The notes: generated by a model from the letters alone, not told the origin. Numbered from the stretch's first letter, positions 44,639-54,032 are shown. The stretch is 64,000 nt of DNA from Nanobdellota archaeon (GCA_021799535.1 JAJZAH010000001.1:32254-96253); one strand, 5' to 3'. Numbers and translations are program-made.

Positions 44639-45376
44639 TTAGTAGGTGTTCCAGTACACCAGTTTTCCGAAATTGTCGCGCACAAAAATTGAGTCGCCGG
44701 TTTCTGTCCACACATAATCTTTGCCCCAGTCCGACGGAACAAGAGAGACCTCTTCGCCTGCCAACAGGGATTTATCAGAAAAACGATAATTTTTCCTCCC
44801 TTCATCCTTGACTGACCAACCAGTTATGTTAAGATCATAATTACAGGTATTCTTCAATATTACAACTTGATTCCTAGTATCCCACTTCTCGACTGAAAGA
44901 CATGTGTCATTTGACCTGTTACAGAGATTCATTCCTTTCTCAAGACAGTCCTGCCATGCATCAGCAAAATTTCCGTAATAAGGATCCTTCCCATTTGGAA
45001 AATAGACATTTGAATATCCAAGCTTCACTGACTCAAGGTTCACATTTTCATTATTAAAAAAGACATAAGCAAGCTCACGGCCATAAAGATCCATCCTGTC
45101 TTTACCAAAGACAAGGGTAACGTTTTTCTTTTCTATCTTGCTTTTCAAAAAGTCCATAGCGGCATCATGCCCGATTTCGCCTTTTTCTGGAGAGTTTATA
45201 CCGAGAAATCTCACGGAGTGGTTGCTTATTATAGCAGTGTCGCCATCCACTACCCTCTCGACAAAACCAACATTGGGGTTCTGGAATGAATCTTCAAGAA
45301 AAGAATTTACTAAAGGGTAATTTATCATAAAAACAGACATCAAAAGAAGAACAAGAGCTAACCTTTCTCTTTGCAT
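44639..45376 (-). CDS. secreted thermonuclease (SNase-like) fused to a lamin-tail-like domain
   Basis: N-terminal hydrophobic leader and the SNase block VVDGDTAIISNHSVRFLGINSPEKGE. The C-terminal LNITGWSVKDEGRKNYRFSD...GDSIFVRDNFGKLV resembles an LTD. Confidence 0.8.
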   Translation of the reverse strand: MQRERLALVLLLMSVFMINYPLVNSFLEDSFQNPNVGFVERVVDGDTAIISNHSVRFLGINSPEKGEIGHDAAMDFLKSKIEKKNVTLVFGKDRMDLYGRELAYVFFNNENVNLESVKLGYSNVYFPNGKDPYYGNFADAWQDCLEKGMNLCNRSNDTCLSVEKWDTRNQVVILKNTCNYDLNITGWSVKDEGRKNYRFSDKSLLAGEEVSLVPSDWGKDYVWTETGDSIFVRDNFGKLVYWNTY

Positions 45377-45424
45377 CCCTTTTTACATGAAAAAACTTTT
45401 ATAATCTTTACTCTAATATGTTCT

Positions 45425-45727
45425 ATGAGTAAAAAATCTTTTTATGAAAAATGCTACGCGGTTTTAAGGAAAGTCCCAAGGGGCAGGGTCACAACTTACA
45501 AAGAGATAGCAAAAGCTCTTGACTCAAAGGCATACCGCGCTGTTGGAACTGCAATGAACAAAAACCCTTATGCACCAAAAGTGCCGTGCCATAGGGTCGT
45601 CAATTCAGACGGCAAAGTCGGAAAATTTGCAAGCGGAGAAAGAAAGAAGATCAGACTCCTTACAGAAGAAGGAGTCGAGATAAAAAACGGACGAATTGAT
45701 CTGGGAAAATTCAGGTATAGATTCTAA
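45425..45727 (+). CDS. ogt: methylated-DNA-protein-cysteine methyltransferase, C-terminal DNA-binding/active-site domain only
   Basis: VPRGRVTTYKEIA and the active site PCHRVV. The start is set at MSKKSFYE. Confidence 0.8.
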   Translation: MSKKSFYEKCYAVLRKVPRGRVTTYKEIAKALDSKAYRAVGTAMNKNPYAPKVPCHRVVNSDGKVGKFASGERKKIRLLTEEGVEIKNGRIDLGKFRYRF

Positions 45728-45797
45728 ATAGGCACCATGCATCCATAATCTTTTTAAGGAAAATTCGGATTTGACTTGTAAGGTGTTCTTAAAAAAA

Positions 45798-46643
45798 ATG
45801 AATGAGATTGTCATGCAGGATGAACTCTTTGGAAAAGAAATAGAGATTAGATTTTACGACCTCAATCTCGAAACGGCCAAAAGGGTATTTGAAAAGACTT
45901 ATCTTGAAGCCCTCAGACTCCAGAGAGTATTCAATTTTTTTGATGATGGCAGCGAGCTTTCCAAGCTGAACAGAAAAAGGAAAGCAAAGGTTTCAAAAGA
46001 CCTTCTAAATGTGATAACTGATTCGCTGAAATTCTCAGAGATGACAAAAGGGGAATATGATATAACGCTTGGAAAAAGGATATTAAATAGAAAAAAAGGA
46101 AAGAAAGACATACGCATTTCATCGTCCTACCGGGATGTCTTAGTTGAGGGAGATCGAATAAAACTTAAAAACAAAGACGCGACAATCGACTTGGGAAGTA
46201 TTGCAAAAGGATTCATAACAGACAAGCTTTCAGAGCTCATAAAAAAAGAGGGGGTAAAGGAATTTATAATAAACTCGAGAGGAGACTTAGTTTTCTCAGG
46301 TTGTATGACACACATTATAGGAATTGCAAATCCAAGAAACAAGAAAAAGAATATCCACTTGATAAAGATGAAAGACAAAGCAGTTGCAACCTCGGGAGAC
46401 TACAACCAATATTATAAGGAATACAAGAAATCACATATACTAAACCAAAAAGATGTGATTTCCGCTACCGTCATTGCTGGGACTCTTGAAGAGGCTGACG
46501 TCCTTTCCACTGCAATTTTCGTTTCTGATGAAAAGATCAGAAGAAGAATCATTATGGAAAATCCCGAGGCAAAGTTTTTCCTGGTAAAAGAGGACTTAAG
46601 TGAAGAAATGCACAACGGATTTGAAGAGGCGATTTATGAATAG
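45798..46643 (+). CDS. apbE: ApbE family FAD:protein FMN transferase
   Basis: DLGSIAKGF, ATSGDY and EADVLSTA are ApbE-type blocks. The ATG at 45798 is preferred to the TTG at 45771. Confidence 0.8.
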   Translation: MNEIVMQDELFGKEIEIRFYDLNLETAKRVFEKTYLEALRLQRVFNFFDDGSELSKLNRKRKAKVSKDLLNVITDSLKFSEMTKGEYDITLGKRILNRKKGKKDIRISSSYRDVLVEGDRIKLKNKDATIDLGSIAKGFITDKLSELIKKEGVKEFIINSRGDLVFSGCMTHIIGIANPRNKKKNIHLIKMKDKAVATSGDYNQYYKEYKKSHILNQKDVISATVIAGTLEEADVLSTAIFVSDEKIRRRIIMENPEAKFFLVKEDLSEEMHNGFEEAIYE

Positions 46644-47952
46644 CAGAGCAAAAAAGATCATTGGCTGGTCAATGATAGGAATCATCTCCCTCATCCCTGT
46701 CCTCTTGCTTTTTACACTCGGCCCGGAATATGCTGATTTCTCTGGATACTCAGGTATAACTCAAGGCCTGGGAGAAATAACAGGACTTGTCGGAATAACC
46801 TTGTTCGCCATAACTTTTATACTCTCAACGAGGATAAGATTCATAGAGGAGGCCTTTGGAGGGTTGGATAAAGTTTATATCGCGCATGGAATTCTGGGCG
46901 GAACTGCATTCATACTGATCCTTTCGCACCCTGTCTTTCTTGTACTAAAATATATCCCATCCTATATCCAGTTGGCTTCAACTTATCTTCTTCCAAGTGT
47001 CTATTGGTCAGTCAATTTTGGGATTATTGCGATAGCCGGTCTTATAATCTTAATTTTTATCACGCTCTTTACAAGGATTAAATACCATACTTGGAAGTTC
47101 ACGCATGAATTTCTGGGGCTAGTTTTTGTTTTTGCAGTTTTACATGCACTTTTGGTAAGAGGAAGTATCTCAAAAGATTATATCTTCCATGGATATTACA
47201 TTTATATTGGCATTGTATCTGCGATGGGAATATTTGCGTTCTTATACAGCCTTTTCATAAAAGAGAGGATAATGAAAAATGCCACTTATTTAATATCCAA
47301 GATAAACCACAAGAAAGACATTTGGGAAATTGAAATGACTCCTGAACACAAACCAATAAATTACCAGTCCGGACAGTTCATATTTGTAAGATTCTACAAT
47401 GAAAAACTGTCAAAAGAAGCACATCCTTTTTCAATAGCATCTAAATCAAATTCAAAAAACATAAAGCTAATGGTAAAATCGCTTGGGGATTTTACTACAA
47501 GGCTAGAGAACCTCAGAATCAAAGACAAGGTGTCTATAGAAGGACCATATGGTAGATTTAATTTCAGGAACCAGAAGAATCATAATCAAATATGGATTGC
47601 GGCAGGGATCGGCATAGCTCCTTTCCTTGGAATGGTAGAGGAGCTCGAGAACTCTCCTGATTTCAAAGTGGATCTTTATCACACAGCAAAAGATCAATCA
47701 GAGTTGATAGGATATAACTTCTTGAAATTATTCTCTTCAAAGCTCAAAAATTTCAGGTACATCCCATGGAGCTCAGGGGGGAACAAAAGAAGAATAGATA
47801 CAAAAGAGATTTCTCGACTAAGCGGAGATCTAATGGAAAAAGATTTTTTCTTGTGTGGACCCGAAAACTTCAAAGAAGATATGATTGAACAATTGGTTAA
47901 TGTCGGGATCAAGAAATCACATGTTCATGAGGAGGTGTTTAATTTCAGATGA
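46636..47952 (+). CDS. ferric-reductase-like (NOX/FRE-type) membrane flavoprotein
   Basis: Six hydrophobic helices with conserved His residues are followed by an FNR-like module (HPFSIAS, GPYG, AAGIGIAP, CGP). Its start overlaps the apbE stop. Confidence 0.75.
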   Translation: MNSRAKKIIGWSMIGIISLIPVLLLFTLGPEYADFSGYSGITQGLGEITGLVGITLFAITFILSTRIRFIEEAFGGLDKVYIAHGILGGTAFILILSHPVFLVLKYIPSYIQLASTYLLPSVYWSVNFGIIAIAGLIILIFITLFTRIKYHTWKFTHEFLGLVFVFAVLHALLVRGSISKDYIFHGYYIYIGIVSAMGIFAFLYSLFIKERIMKNATYLISKINHKKDIWEIEMTPEHKPINYQSGQFIFVRFYNEKLSKEAHPFSIASKSNSKNIKLMVKSLGDFTTRLENLRIKDKVSIEGPYGRFNFRNQKNHNQIWIAAGIGIAPFLGMVEELENSPDFKVDLYHTAKDQSELIGYNFLKLFSSKLKNFRYIPWSSGGNKRRIDTKEISRLSGDLMEKDFFLCGPENFKEDMIEQLVNVGIKKSHVHEEVFNFR

Positions 47953-48209
47953 GATTTAAGAGATTGAAATTTTTTGTTGCAGTTGCGTTGGTCATGTTCA
48001 TTCTAGTAGTTGGTAGCATAATAATACTCGGCTCTATCCAGGCAGAAAGGAACCATAATAATCCCCAGCAGCAATTAACCACTATCCTCACAAAAGGGAG
48101 TCAGATAAATCCCTCCCCCACTGCAGCACAGAATCAAAACCAGCAAGCCGCACCAGTACAGCAGCCCCAAGTAATATTTAATCCGATGATCAGAACCATG
48201 GCTTCTTAA
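47949..48209 (+). CDS. small single-pass membrane protein with a Gln/Pro-rich tail
   Basis: ATGA overlap with the upstream gene. It has a TM helix followed by a low-complexity Q/P-rich region ending in ...IRTMAS. Confidence 0.45.
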   Translation: MRFKRLKFFVAVALVMFILVVGSIIILGSIQAERNHNNPQQQLTTILTKGSQINPSPTAAQNQNQQAAPVQQPQVIFNPMIRTMAS

Positions 48210-48210
48210 G

Positions 48211-49020
48211 TCAGACTTTATGAAAATTTTCAGCAGATTTGAAAGAATTTATCCAATCTTCCATGGATTCCGGCTTCTTCGTGAAAAGATGCTGAACGCA
48301 GGGAGAGGTACTACCATTAGAATAAACCCACGCAGCCTTAAGGGTAATACATTTTCTGTCACATCCAAAACAACCCAAGCCCCGATTTTCCTGGTGACCG
48401 GTATATCTTCCTGATAAACTTCCTTTAGGAAATACTTTTTCAGATTTATTAAGAAAATTTTGATAGTCTGCATAATCTTTATCGAAAAAGTCCGGGAAAA
48501 TTTTGACTTTCAGTCCTGCTGAGATATAAAAACCAAGAAATTCCATATCAACATAAGGATCCAACGATGAATAGACACTTTGTATGTCTGCACTCATCCT
48601 AACTGCCTTATTCCTTAATCTTTCATCTTTTTTGTAGGCGCTTATGTGCATGCAGTCTACAACCTTAGTTAACTTATCTTCCAACTCTCTTTTGAAATAC
48701 CCATTAGATACAAGAGTCGTCCTACACTTATTGTCTTTCGCGAATTCAAGAAACGACACAAGATTTTTATGGAGAGTGGGTTCGCCTCCACTAAAATAAA
48801 CTTGCAGAGGATATTTGCCTTCAAAAAAATTAGAGTATGCTTCTATCGCACTGAAAACTGTTTTTTCCTCTATAAAACTGAATGTCTCATGCACCTTTCT
48901 TTGGAAATCATTGAGACAAAAAGAGCAGTCCAAATTACATTTGTCAGTAACTAGAATCCTCAGCTTTAATTCATCACGATGCATCTGTTTGTCAAGTTCC
49001 ATTTTGATTTGCAAATTCAT
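48211..49020 (-). CDS. radical SAM protein
   Basis: CNLDCSFC (CxxxCxxC) and FSGGEPTL. The start is set at MNLQIK because the longer ORF is the antisense of a tRNA gene. Confidence 0.75.
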   Translation of the reverse strand: MNLQIKMELDKQMHRDELKLRILVTDKCNLDCSFCLNDFQRKVHETFSFIEEKTVFSAIEAYSNFFEGKYPLQVYFSGGEPTLHKNLVSFLEFAKDNKCRTTLVSNGYFKRELEDKLTKVVDCMHISAYKKDERLRNKAVRMSADIQSVYSSLDPYVDMEFLGFYISAGLKVKIFPDFFDKDYADYQNFLNKSEKVFPKGSLSGRYTGHQENRGLGCFGCDRKCITLKAAWVYSNGSTSPCVQHLFTKKPESMEDWINSFKSAENFHKV

Positions 49021-49070
49021 AATCCCACGACTTATAAATACTCTGGTGATGAAACTACTCTTATAAAGAA

Positions 49071-49154
49071 TGTGAGGGACAGGATTCGAACCTGCGAAAG
49101 GCAAAAGCCACAGGATCTTAAGTCCTGCCCGTTTGACCACTCCGGCACCCCCAC
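49071..49154 (-). tRNA. tRNA-Leu (anticodon UAA), class II with a long variable arm
   Basis: Hand-folded cloverleaf. The acceptor is GTGGGGG/CCCTCAC. The anticodon stem CAGGA/TCCTG carries the loop CT-TAA-GA. The variable arm is GGC-TTTT-GCC and the T arm is GCAGG-TTCGAAT-CCTGT. Confidence 0.9.
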
Positions 49155-49413
49155 ATTATTTAGATGACGGTGAGTTCTTTTTGAACTTTCCGGCATCCCC
49201 GCATGATTAACGAGTGCTGGTCGCGCCATTTTGTTTAGCATCGTCCGACACCGCAACACGGACAAAAAAATTAACCGGAGGAAACTTAAAAATTTACCTA
49301 TTTTAAGGGGAGATGAAAGAAAGAATTAAAAAGATTATAAGGCGATTCTGGAAAAAGTGTAATTTGTCAGTGGTAAAAAGGAAAAGATTTTTAAATCGAC
49401 GGGCCCAAAAGAA

Positions 49414-50238
49414 GTGATGACGAAGTTAAGAAATGCTCTTTATAGTTCATTAGCCGTACCCTTAATCTTTTATGGGTGCTCCAATAATCAAAAGACAAGC
49501 GATGAGAAAAAACAAGGTGTGGAGACTACAAATAAAGTGATGATCTTAAAAACACCTCCTCCGGAGATCTATGATACAAAAACCGAAATGTTCCTGGAAA
49601 AGAAAGGCGGAATCGATGAGAAAGTGATAAATGAGTATATAAAGTATTTTGATAAAAGCGATGCCCCATTTTATAAAACTGTAGACAGCGTTGAAGAGAC
49701 ATCCAAATTTTATGAAACCAAGGAGAACGATGGAATTCTTTCAGAATTAGGAATGTATGTCAATATGATTCATAATTTCAGAATAATCAAAGAAGCGGAT
49801 GAAGCAAAAATTGAAGACTTAAAAAAGGAATATGCCCCACTGAAAAAATTGCTGATCAGGTTAGACAGGATACACGAAAAAGATCCTAGAGATAACTACG
49901 AAGAATTTGAAAAAATGTATGACTTAATCGGAAGAGATGTCGATCCCAGCTATAAAAAAACTGACATAGGTGTGGAAGAGGTAATCTCCGGAAAAGGGGG
50001 GGTTTGCAGAGATATAGTCGCTGCATATTACCCGCTTCTTGCTTATTACGGATTTGACGTTTCTTTCAAAGAGGGAGGGATAGGAAAAGCTCTTCACGTA
50101 TGGCTTCATGCAAGAATAAAAGACAAGGAATTTGATTTGGATCCGACCTGGTACGCGCCAATGATCCCTCTCGAAGACAGGATTGGGAATAGCTGCGAAG
50201 TCCACGTTTTGAAGGATAAATTCACCACAAGAAGATGA
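49414..50238 (+). CDS. transglutaminase-like (Cys-His-Asp) lipoprotein-like protein
   Basis: Lipobox-like PLIFYGC at the N-terminus and the core GGVCRDI...HVWLHARI...DLDPTW. Confidence 0.65.
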   Translation: MMTKLRNALYSSLAVPLIFYGCSNNQKTSDEKKQGVETTNKVMILKTPPPEIYDTKTEMFLEKKGGIDEKVINEYIKYFDKSDAPFYKTVDSVEETSKFYETKENDGILSELGMYVNMIHNFRIIKEADEAKIEDLKKEYAPLKKLLIRLDRIHEKDPRDNYEEFEKMYDLIGRDVDPSYKKTDIGVEEVISGKGGVCRDIVAAYYPLLAYYGFDVSFKEGGIGKALHVWLHARIKDKEFDLDPTWYAPMIPLEDRIGNSCEVHVLKDKFTTRR

Positions 50239-50472
50239 TTATTTCTTCTCATCAAAAATTACACCAAGTTCCTTGAGCCTTGAAAGGTGCATGGAGATTA
50301 TCTTCTCTACATTTTGAACAACTCTCAGAAGCTCTATCCTTTCAGCGGCAAGAGTGTTTAACGCGCCTTCATGGAATCCTATTTCAGATTCTTTGTTCAT
50401 CAAGGGAGCTTCTTTTCGTTCCTTATCTTTTTTTGAAAGTGCTTTCTCAAGATTATCTTTATTTATTTCCAT
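50239..50472 (-). CDS. hypothetical protein
   Basis: 77-aa helical ORF. Confidence 0.4.
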   Translation of the reverse strand: MEINKDNLEKALSKKDKERKEAPLMNKESEIGFHEGALNTLAAERIELLRVVQNVEKIISMHLSRLKELGVIFDEKK

Positions 50473-50735
50473 TTTTCAGTTCCTCCTTTCAATCTTCTCT
50501 CAAGATTGATATGACGCCCAAGCTTATTGCCAAGAATCATCTTAGATGTCTTGGAATAAACCGGAAAGTATGTTTTAAAAGAGTAATTCTCCCCGCAAGA
50601 TCTGTAATTTATGAGGTCTTTTTCATAAAAAAATCTTTTAGGAGGGCCTTTAAGGAGCGAGTTATTGAAAAACATGAAGTCGTTTCCGCCAACAAGCGCG
50701 AGAAGAATAAAGTAAGAATTAACGAAGCCGTTCAT
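50463..50735 (-). CDS. hypothetical protein
   Basis: 90-aa ORF that overlaps the downstream ORF by 10 nt. Confidence 0.35.
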   Translation of the reverse strand: MNGFVNSYFILLALVGGNDFMFFNNSLLKGPPKRFFYEKDLINYRSCGENYSFKTYFPVYSKTSKMILGNKLGRHINLERRLKGGTEKWK

Positions 50736-50765
50736 TTGAAAGACATGCCTGAAGCCTATTTAAAA

Positions 50766-50981
50766 TTAATGCCTTTCTCCTTGAAGAGAACTGTAAACAA
50801 CATAAAAGACAATCCCCGAAACAAACCCCCAGAGGACATTAGCATATAGTGGAAGCTTTGAATGACAGCTGGTAGGATAAGTCAGGAAACAGAAAATAAA
50901 AACAAATTGCAAGATGTAAAAAACCACGACAGCTAACACTACAGAAAGCAAAGTTTTCAGAAAAGTGACTCTAAAGTTCAT
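50766..50981 (-). CDS. hypothetical two-TM membrane protein
   Basis: 71-aa ORF with two hydrophobic segments. Confidence 0.35.
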   Translation of the reverse strand: MNFRVTFLKTLLSVVLAVVVFYILQFVFIFCFLTYPTSCHSKLPLYANVLWGFVSGIVFYVVYSSLQGERH

Positions 50982-51008
50982 ACAAATAGAAGGAAAGGGG
51001 CATTTAAA

Positions 51009-51938
51009 TTATTTTTTATGCCCTAATTCTTGGTGGTATTTTTCAGCCTCAAGCGCTGCCTGGCATCCTGCTCCCGCAGCAGTTATTGCCTGCTTATAAA
51101 TATGATCTTGGACATCGCCTGCCGCAAAAACCCCCGGAAGACTTGTCCTTCTCCTTCCGTCAGTTTTTATGAAACCAAATTCATCAAGCTCAACAAGCCC
51201 ATTAAAAATACCAATATTGGGTACATGGCCTATTGCAAGAAAAACTCCATCAATTTTGCGCTCAGAAATCTCGCCTGTTTTTGTGTTCTTTACCATTACA
51301 CTTTTTAACGGAGGTCCACCGGGAATTCCCACTATCTCCGAATTCCACATAAAATCAATCTTCGGGTTAGCCATGACTTTTTCTTGCATTATCTTGCTTG
51401 CCTTGAGCTCATCCCTCCTGTGGATTATGGTCACTTTTTTCGCAAATTTAGTGAGAAAATTTGCTTCCTCACAGGCACTGTCTCCGCCACCCACGACAAA
51501 TATCTCCTTCCCTTTGTAAAAAAATCCATCACAAGTCGCACAAGTGTGAAGGCCTCTCCCTTGAAAATTCTTTTCCCCAGGGATTCCGAGCCATCTTGCA
51601 GAAGCCCCCGTGGATATAATTACCATAGAAGATTTGTACACCTCTCTTCCAACAGACACTTCATACCCTTCTTTGATTTTTCTAAACCCGGTCACAATTT
51701 CTTCAATGATCCTAGCTCCAAATTTTTCAGCCTGTTTTTTCATGTTTTGCATAAGTTCAGGCCCCATAACACCCTCCGGGAATCCCGGAAAGTTCTCAAC
51801 AACCGTCGTGAGCATAAGCTGGCCACCTTCCTCAGAGCCGGTAAAGATCAAAGGTTCAAGCTCGGCTCTAGCAGCATATATCGCTGCAGTCCAGCCTGAA
51901 ACACCAGAACCGATTATAATAAGTTTCTCCATTTTCAT
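51009..51938 (-). CDS. trxB: thioredoxin-disulfide reductase
   Basis: GSGVSGWTAAIYAAR (FAD), redox-active CATCDG, GGGDSACEEA (NADPH) and GDV...QAITAAGAG. The start is set at MKMEKLIIIGSG. Confidence 0.9.
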   Translation of the reverse strand: MKMEKLIIIGSGVSGWTAAIYAARAELEPLIFTGSEEGGQLMLTTVVENFPGFPEGVMGPELMQNMKKQAEKFGARIIEEIVTGFRKIKEGYEVSVGREVYKSSMVIISTGASARWLGIPGEKNFQGRGLHTCATCDGFFYKGKEIFVVGGGDSACEEANFLTKFAKKVTIIHRRDELKASKIMQEKVMANPKIDFMWNSEIVGIPGGPPLKSVMVKNTKTGEISERKIDGVFLAIGHVPNIGIFNGLVELDEFGFIKTDGRRRTSLPGVFAAGDVQDHIYKQAITAAGAGCQAALEAEKYHQELGHKK

Positions 51939-52024
51939 ACGAATAGAGATTTCTTTAAATACCTTTGTTAGTATTGACGAAAACTGCGAGAATTTTACAG
52001 TTCCTGGGCTAAGCAAGAAGAAGT

Positions 52025-52552
52025 TTAGCAACTAACAGGTTGGGTGACTTGGGAATTCCCGCAAAGCGCATATGTCTGTGATCCATCCTGAACCTGGAGC
52101 TTTATAGGAACAATCTGAAGGGAGCATATTTTGGTTGAAGGGGGCAAATTAAAAGATTGATAGGTCTCCTTGCCTAATGTAAGGGCACTGAAGGTTTTAA
52201 AGAAAAAAATATAATTATTGGCGATTCTCCCGTCCTGACTCACCTTACTGCTGCTATTGAAATATTTTGACAGATCATAAGTTGCAATCGTCTGGTTAGG
52301 ATTTGTCGTTGCATGGAGGGTATATCCATTTAGGTCGAACTTCCCATTATTTTCAAATGTCAGGTTCAACTGACCGGAAGATTGACTGTAAGAATAAGAT
52401 TTTAAGAGCAATGAGACCCCCTCAGGGCATGAAACAGAGTCCGCGGGGACATAAGTTTTAAGGTAATTGTAAACAATCACACTTAATATCAAGCCAAAGG
52501 TTATCAGAAGCACATATCCTACAATAACACTTACACCCCTTTTATTCAGCAT
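52025..52552 (-). CDS. archaeal type IV pilin-like protein
   Basis: MLNKRG/VSVIVGYVLLITFGLILSVIV is a class III signal peptide. Confidence 0.7.
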   Translation of the reverse strand: MLNKRGVSVIVGYVLLITFGLILSVIVYNYLKTYVPADSVSCPEGVSLLLKSYSYSQSSGQLNLTFENNGKFDLNGYTLHATTNPNQTIATYDLSKYFNSSSKVSQDGRIANNYIFFFKTFSALTLGKETYQSFNLPPSTKICSLQIVPIKLQVQDGSQTYALCGNSQVTQPVSC

Positions 52553-52697
52553 TCAAGAAAAAAGCCCCCTAATTTTATAAACTTATTCAATGAACAGGGG
52601 CTTTACACAAAAAACTCTGACAAAAACGGATTACCGCCCTTGTTTAAGGCCAATAAGCCGACGAAACTCTTATAAGCGAAGTCCAAGTCTAATTTCT

Positions 52698-53399
52698 ATG
52701 GATATAGAGCCTGGAGATATACTCATATGCACTGTAGACAAAATAGTAGGAACAGTGGTATTTGTTGATATAGGAGGAACAGACAAGAAAGGCACCATAA
52801 TATTGAGTGAAGTTGCTGCAGGAAGAATAAGAAATCTCAGAGATTACGTCGTGCCAAAAAAGATCATAATATGCAAAGTCCTGAGAGTCATAAATGATCA
52901 CGTCGAGCTTTCATTGAGAAGAGTACGTGAAAAAGAAAAAAAAGAGGCGCTTGAAAAAAGCAAAGCTGAAAAGAGCTTCGTAAGTATATTGAAGTCCGTA
53001 TTAAAAGAAAAAACTTCTGAAGCCATAAAAAAGATCGAAGAAAATGGGACCGTTCCTGATTTTTTGGAAGAAGCCAAAAATGACTCAAAAGACCTAAAAA
53101 AGATAGTCGGGGAAGAAGATGCAAATAAGATATTAGAAATACTAAATAAGCAAAAAGAGAAAACAGTGTTCCTGAAAAAAGAGGTAAAGATTATATCAAA
53201 AAACCCAAACGGGCTAAGTATAATAAAAGGTGTCATCCCGGAAGAAAAAGGTGTAAAGGTAAAATATCTTGCAGCAGGTAGATATTCAATAAACTCTGAA
53301 GGGGAAAACCTAAAAAAAGCCGACCAAAAAATAAGAGAGGTCATAGAAAAGATCGAAAAGGCGTCGAAAAAGAAGGATATTGAATTCTCATATGAATAA
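52698..53399 (+). CDS. eif2a: translation initiation factor 2 subunit alpha (aIF2-alpha)
   Basis: N-terminal S1/OB block PGDILICTVDKIVGTVVFVDIGG...GTIILSEVAAGRIRNLRDYV...ELSLRRV. The start is set at MDIEPGD. Confidence 0.75.
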   Translation: MDIEPGDILICTVDKIVGTVVFVDIGGTDKKGTIILSEVAAGRIRNLRDYVVPKKIIICKVLRVINDHVELSLRRVREKEKKEALEKSKAEKSFVSILKSVLKEKTSEAIKKIEENGTVPDFLEEAKNDSKDLKKIVGEEDANKILEILNKQKEKTVFLKKEVKIISKNPNGLSIIKGVIPEEKGVKVKYLAAGRYSINSEGENLKKADQKIREVIEKIEKASKKKDIEFSYE

Positions 53400-53460
53400 C
53401 CGGAAATATCACTAAGAAAAGATGAGAAATCCTTAAATACCTCGATTTTTATAAAAAGGC

Positions 53461-53853
53461 ATGGAAAGCACCAAGTTCAAAGTTAAGCTTGTGGGGGTGA
53501 TATTTGACCCTAAAAAGAGGAAGGTCCTTATAGGAAAAGGGAAGGGGGAAAGGAGATATTCTTTTCTCGAGGGAGACCTTATACCCGACGAAGAACTTGA
53601 CAAAGAACTCAAGAGAATAACAAAGGAAAAAACTGGGTTTATAATTCATAATCTTGGGACGATATACTCGGAAAATGCATTAGAGAATAAAGAGGAACTT
53701 AAAATATACTTTTTGTGCGAGGCTACGGAAGGTGAGGAAAAAAAAGGGAAAGACATTGAAGAGATCATATGGATAAAACCTTCTGAGGTAGAGAAAAAAC
53801 TTGAAACGAAATTCCCCACTAGATTAAAGGAATTCATAACGGGGTTGGAGTGA
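53461..53853 (+). CDS. Nudix-fold protein with a partly degenerate Nudix box
   Basis: GDLIPDEELDKELKRITKEKTGF aligns to Gx5Ex7REUxEExGU, but the RE position reads RI and the EE position reads EK. Confidence 0.55.
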   Translation: MESTKFKVKLVGVIFDPKKRKVLIGKGKGERRYSFLEGDLIPDEELDKELKRITKEKTGFIIHNLGTIYSENALENKEELKIYFLCEATEGEEKKGKDIEEIIWIKPSEVEKKLETKFPTRLKEFITGLE

Positions 53854-53858
53854 TCTCC

Positions 53859-53990
53859 GTGAAGCTCAAAAAATGTCCAAAATGTCTGTCTTATTCTATG
53901 GAAGATGAATGCCCAAAATGCGACAATAAAACAAAAGAAGCTCATTACAAGTTCATAAAGGCAAAGCCAGAGTCAGTACGTAGCCCGTAA
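53859..53990 (+). CDS. nop10: H/ACA RNP protein Nop10
   Basis: (V)KLKKCPKCLSYSMEDECPKCDNKTKEAHYKFIKAKPE is a zinc ribbon plus tail typical of archaeal Nop10. The start is GTG with GGAG upstream. It lies near aIF2-alpha, as in many archaea. The ORF is below the track cutoff. Confidence 0.7.
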   Translation: MKLKKCPKCLSYSMEDECPKCDNKTKEAHYKFIKAKPESVRSP

Positions 53991-54032
53991 AGTCCGGGAA
54001 AACTTATATAAGGTAAGGCCCTACATTTTCAT

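Noticed and set aside
44560-44805. ORF 44560-44805 (-)
   Set aside because: It overlaps the 3' part of the nuclease gene in another frame and has an implausible composition.
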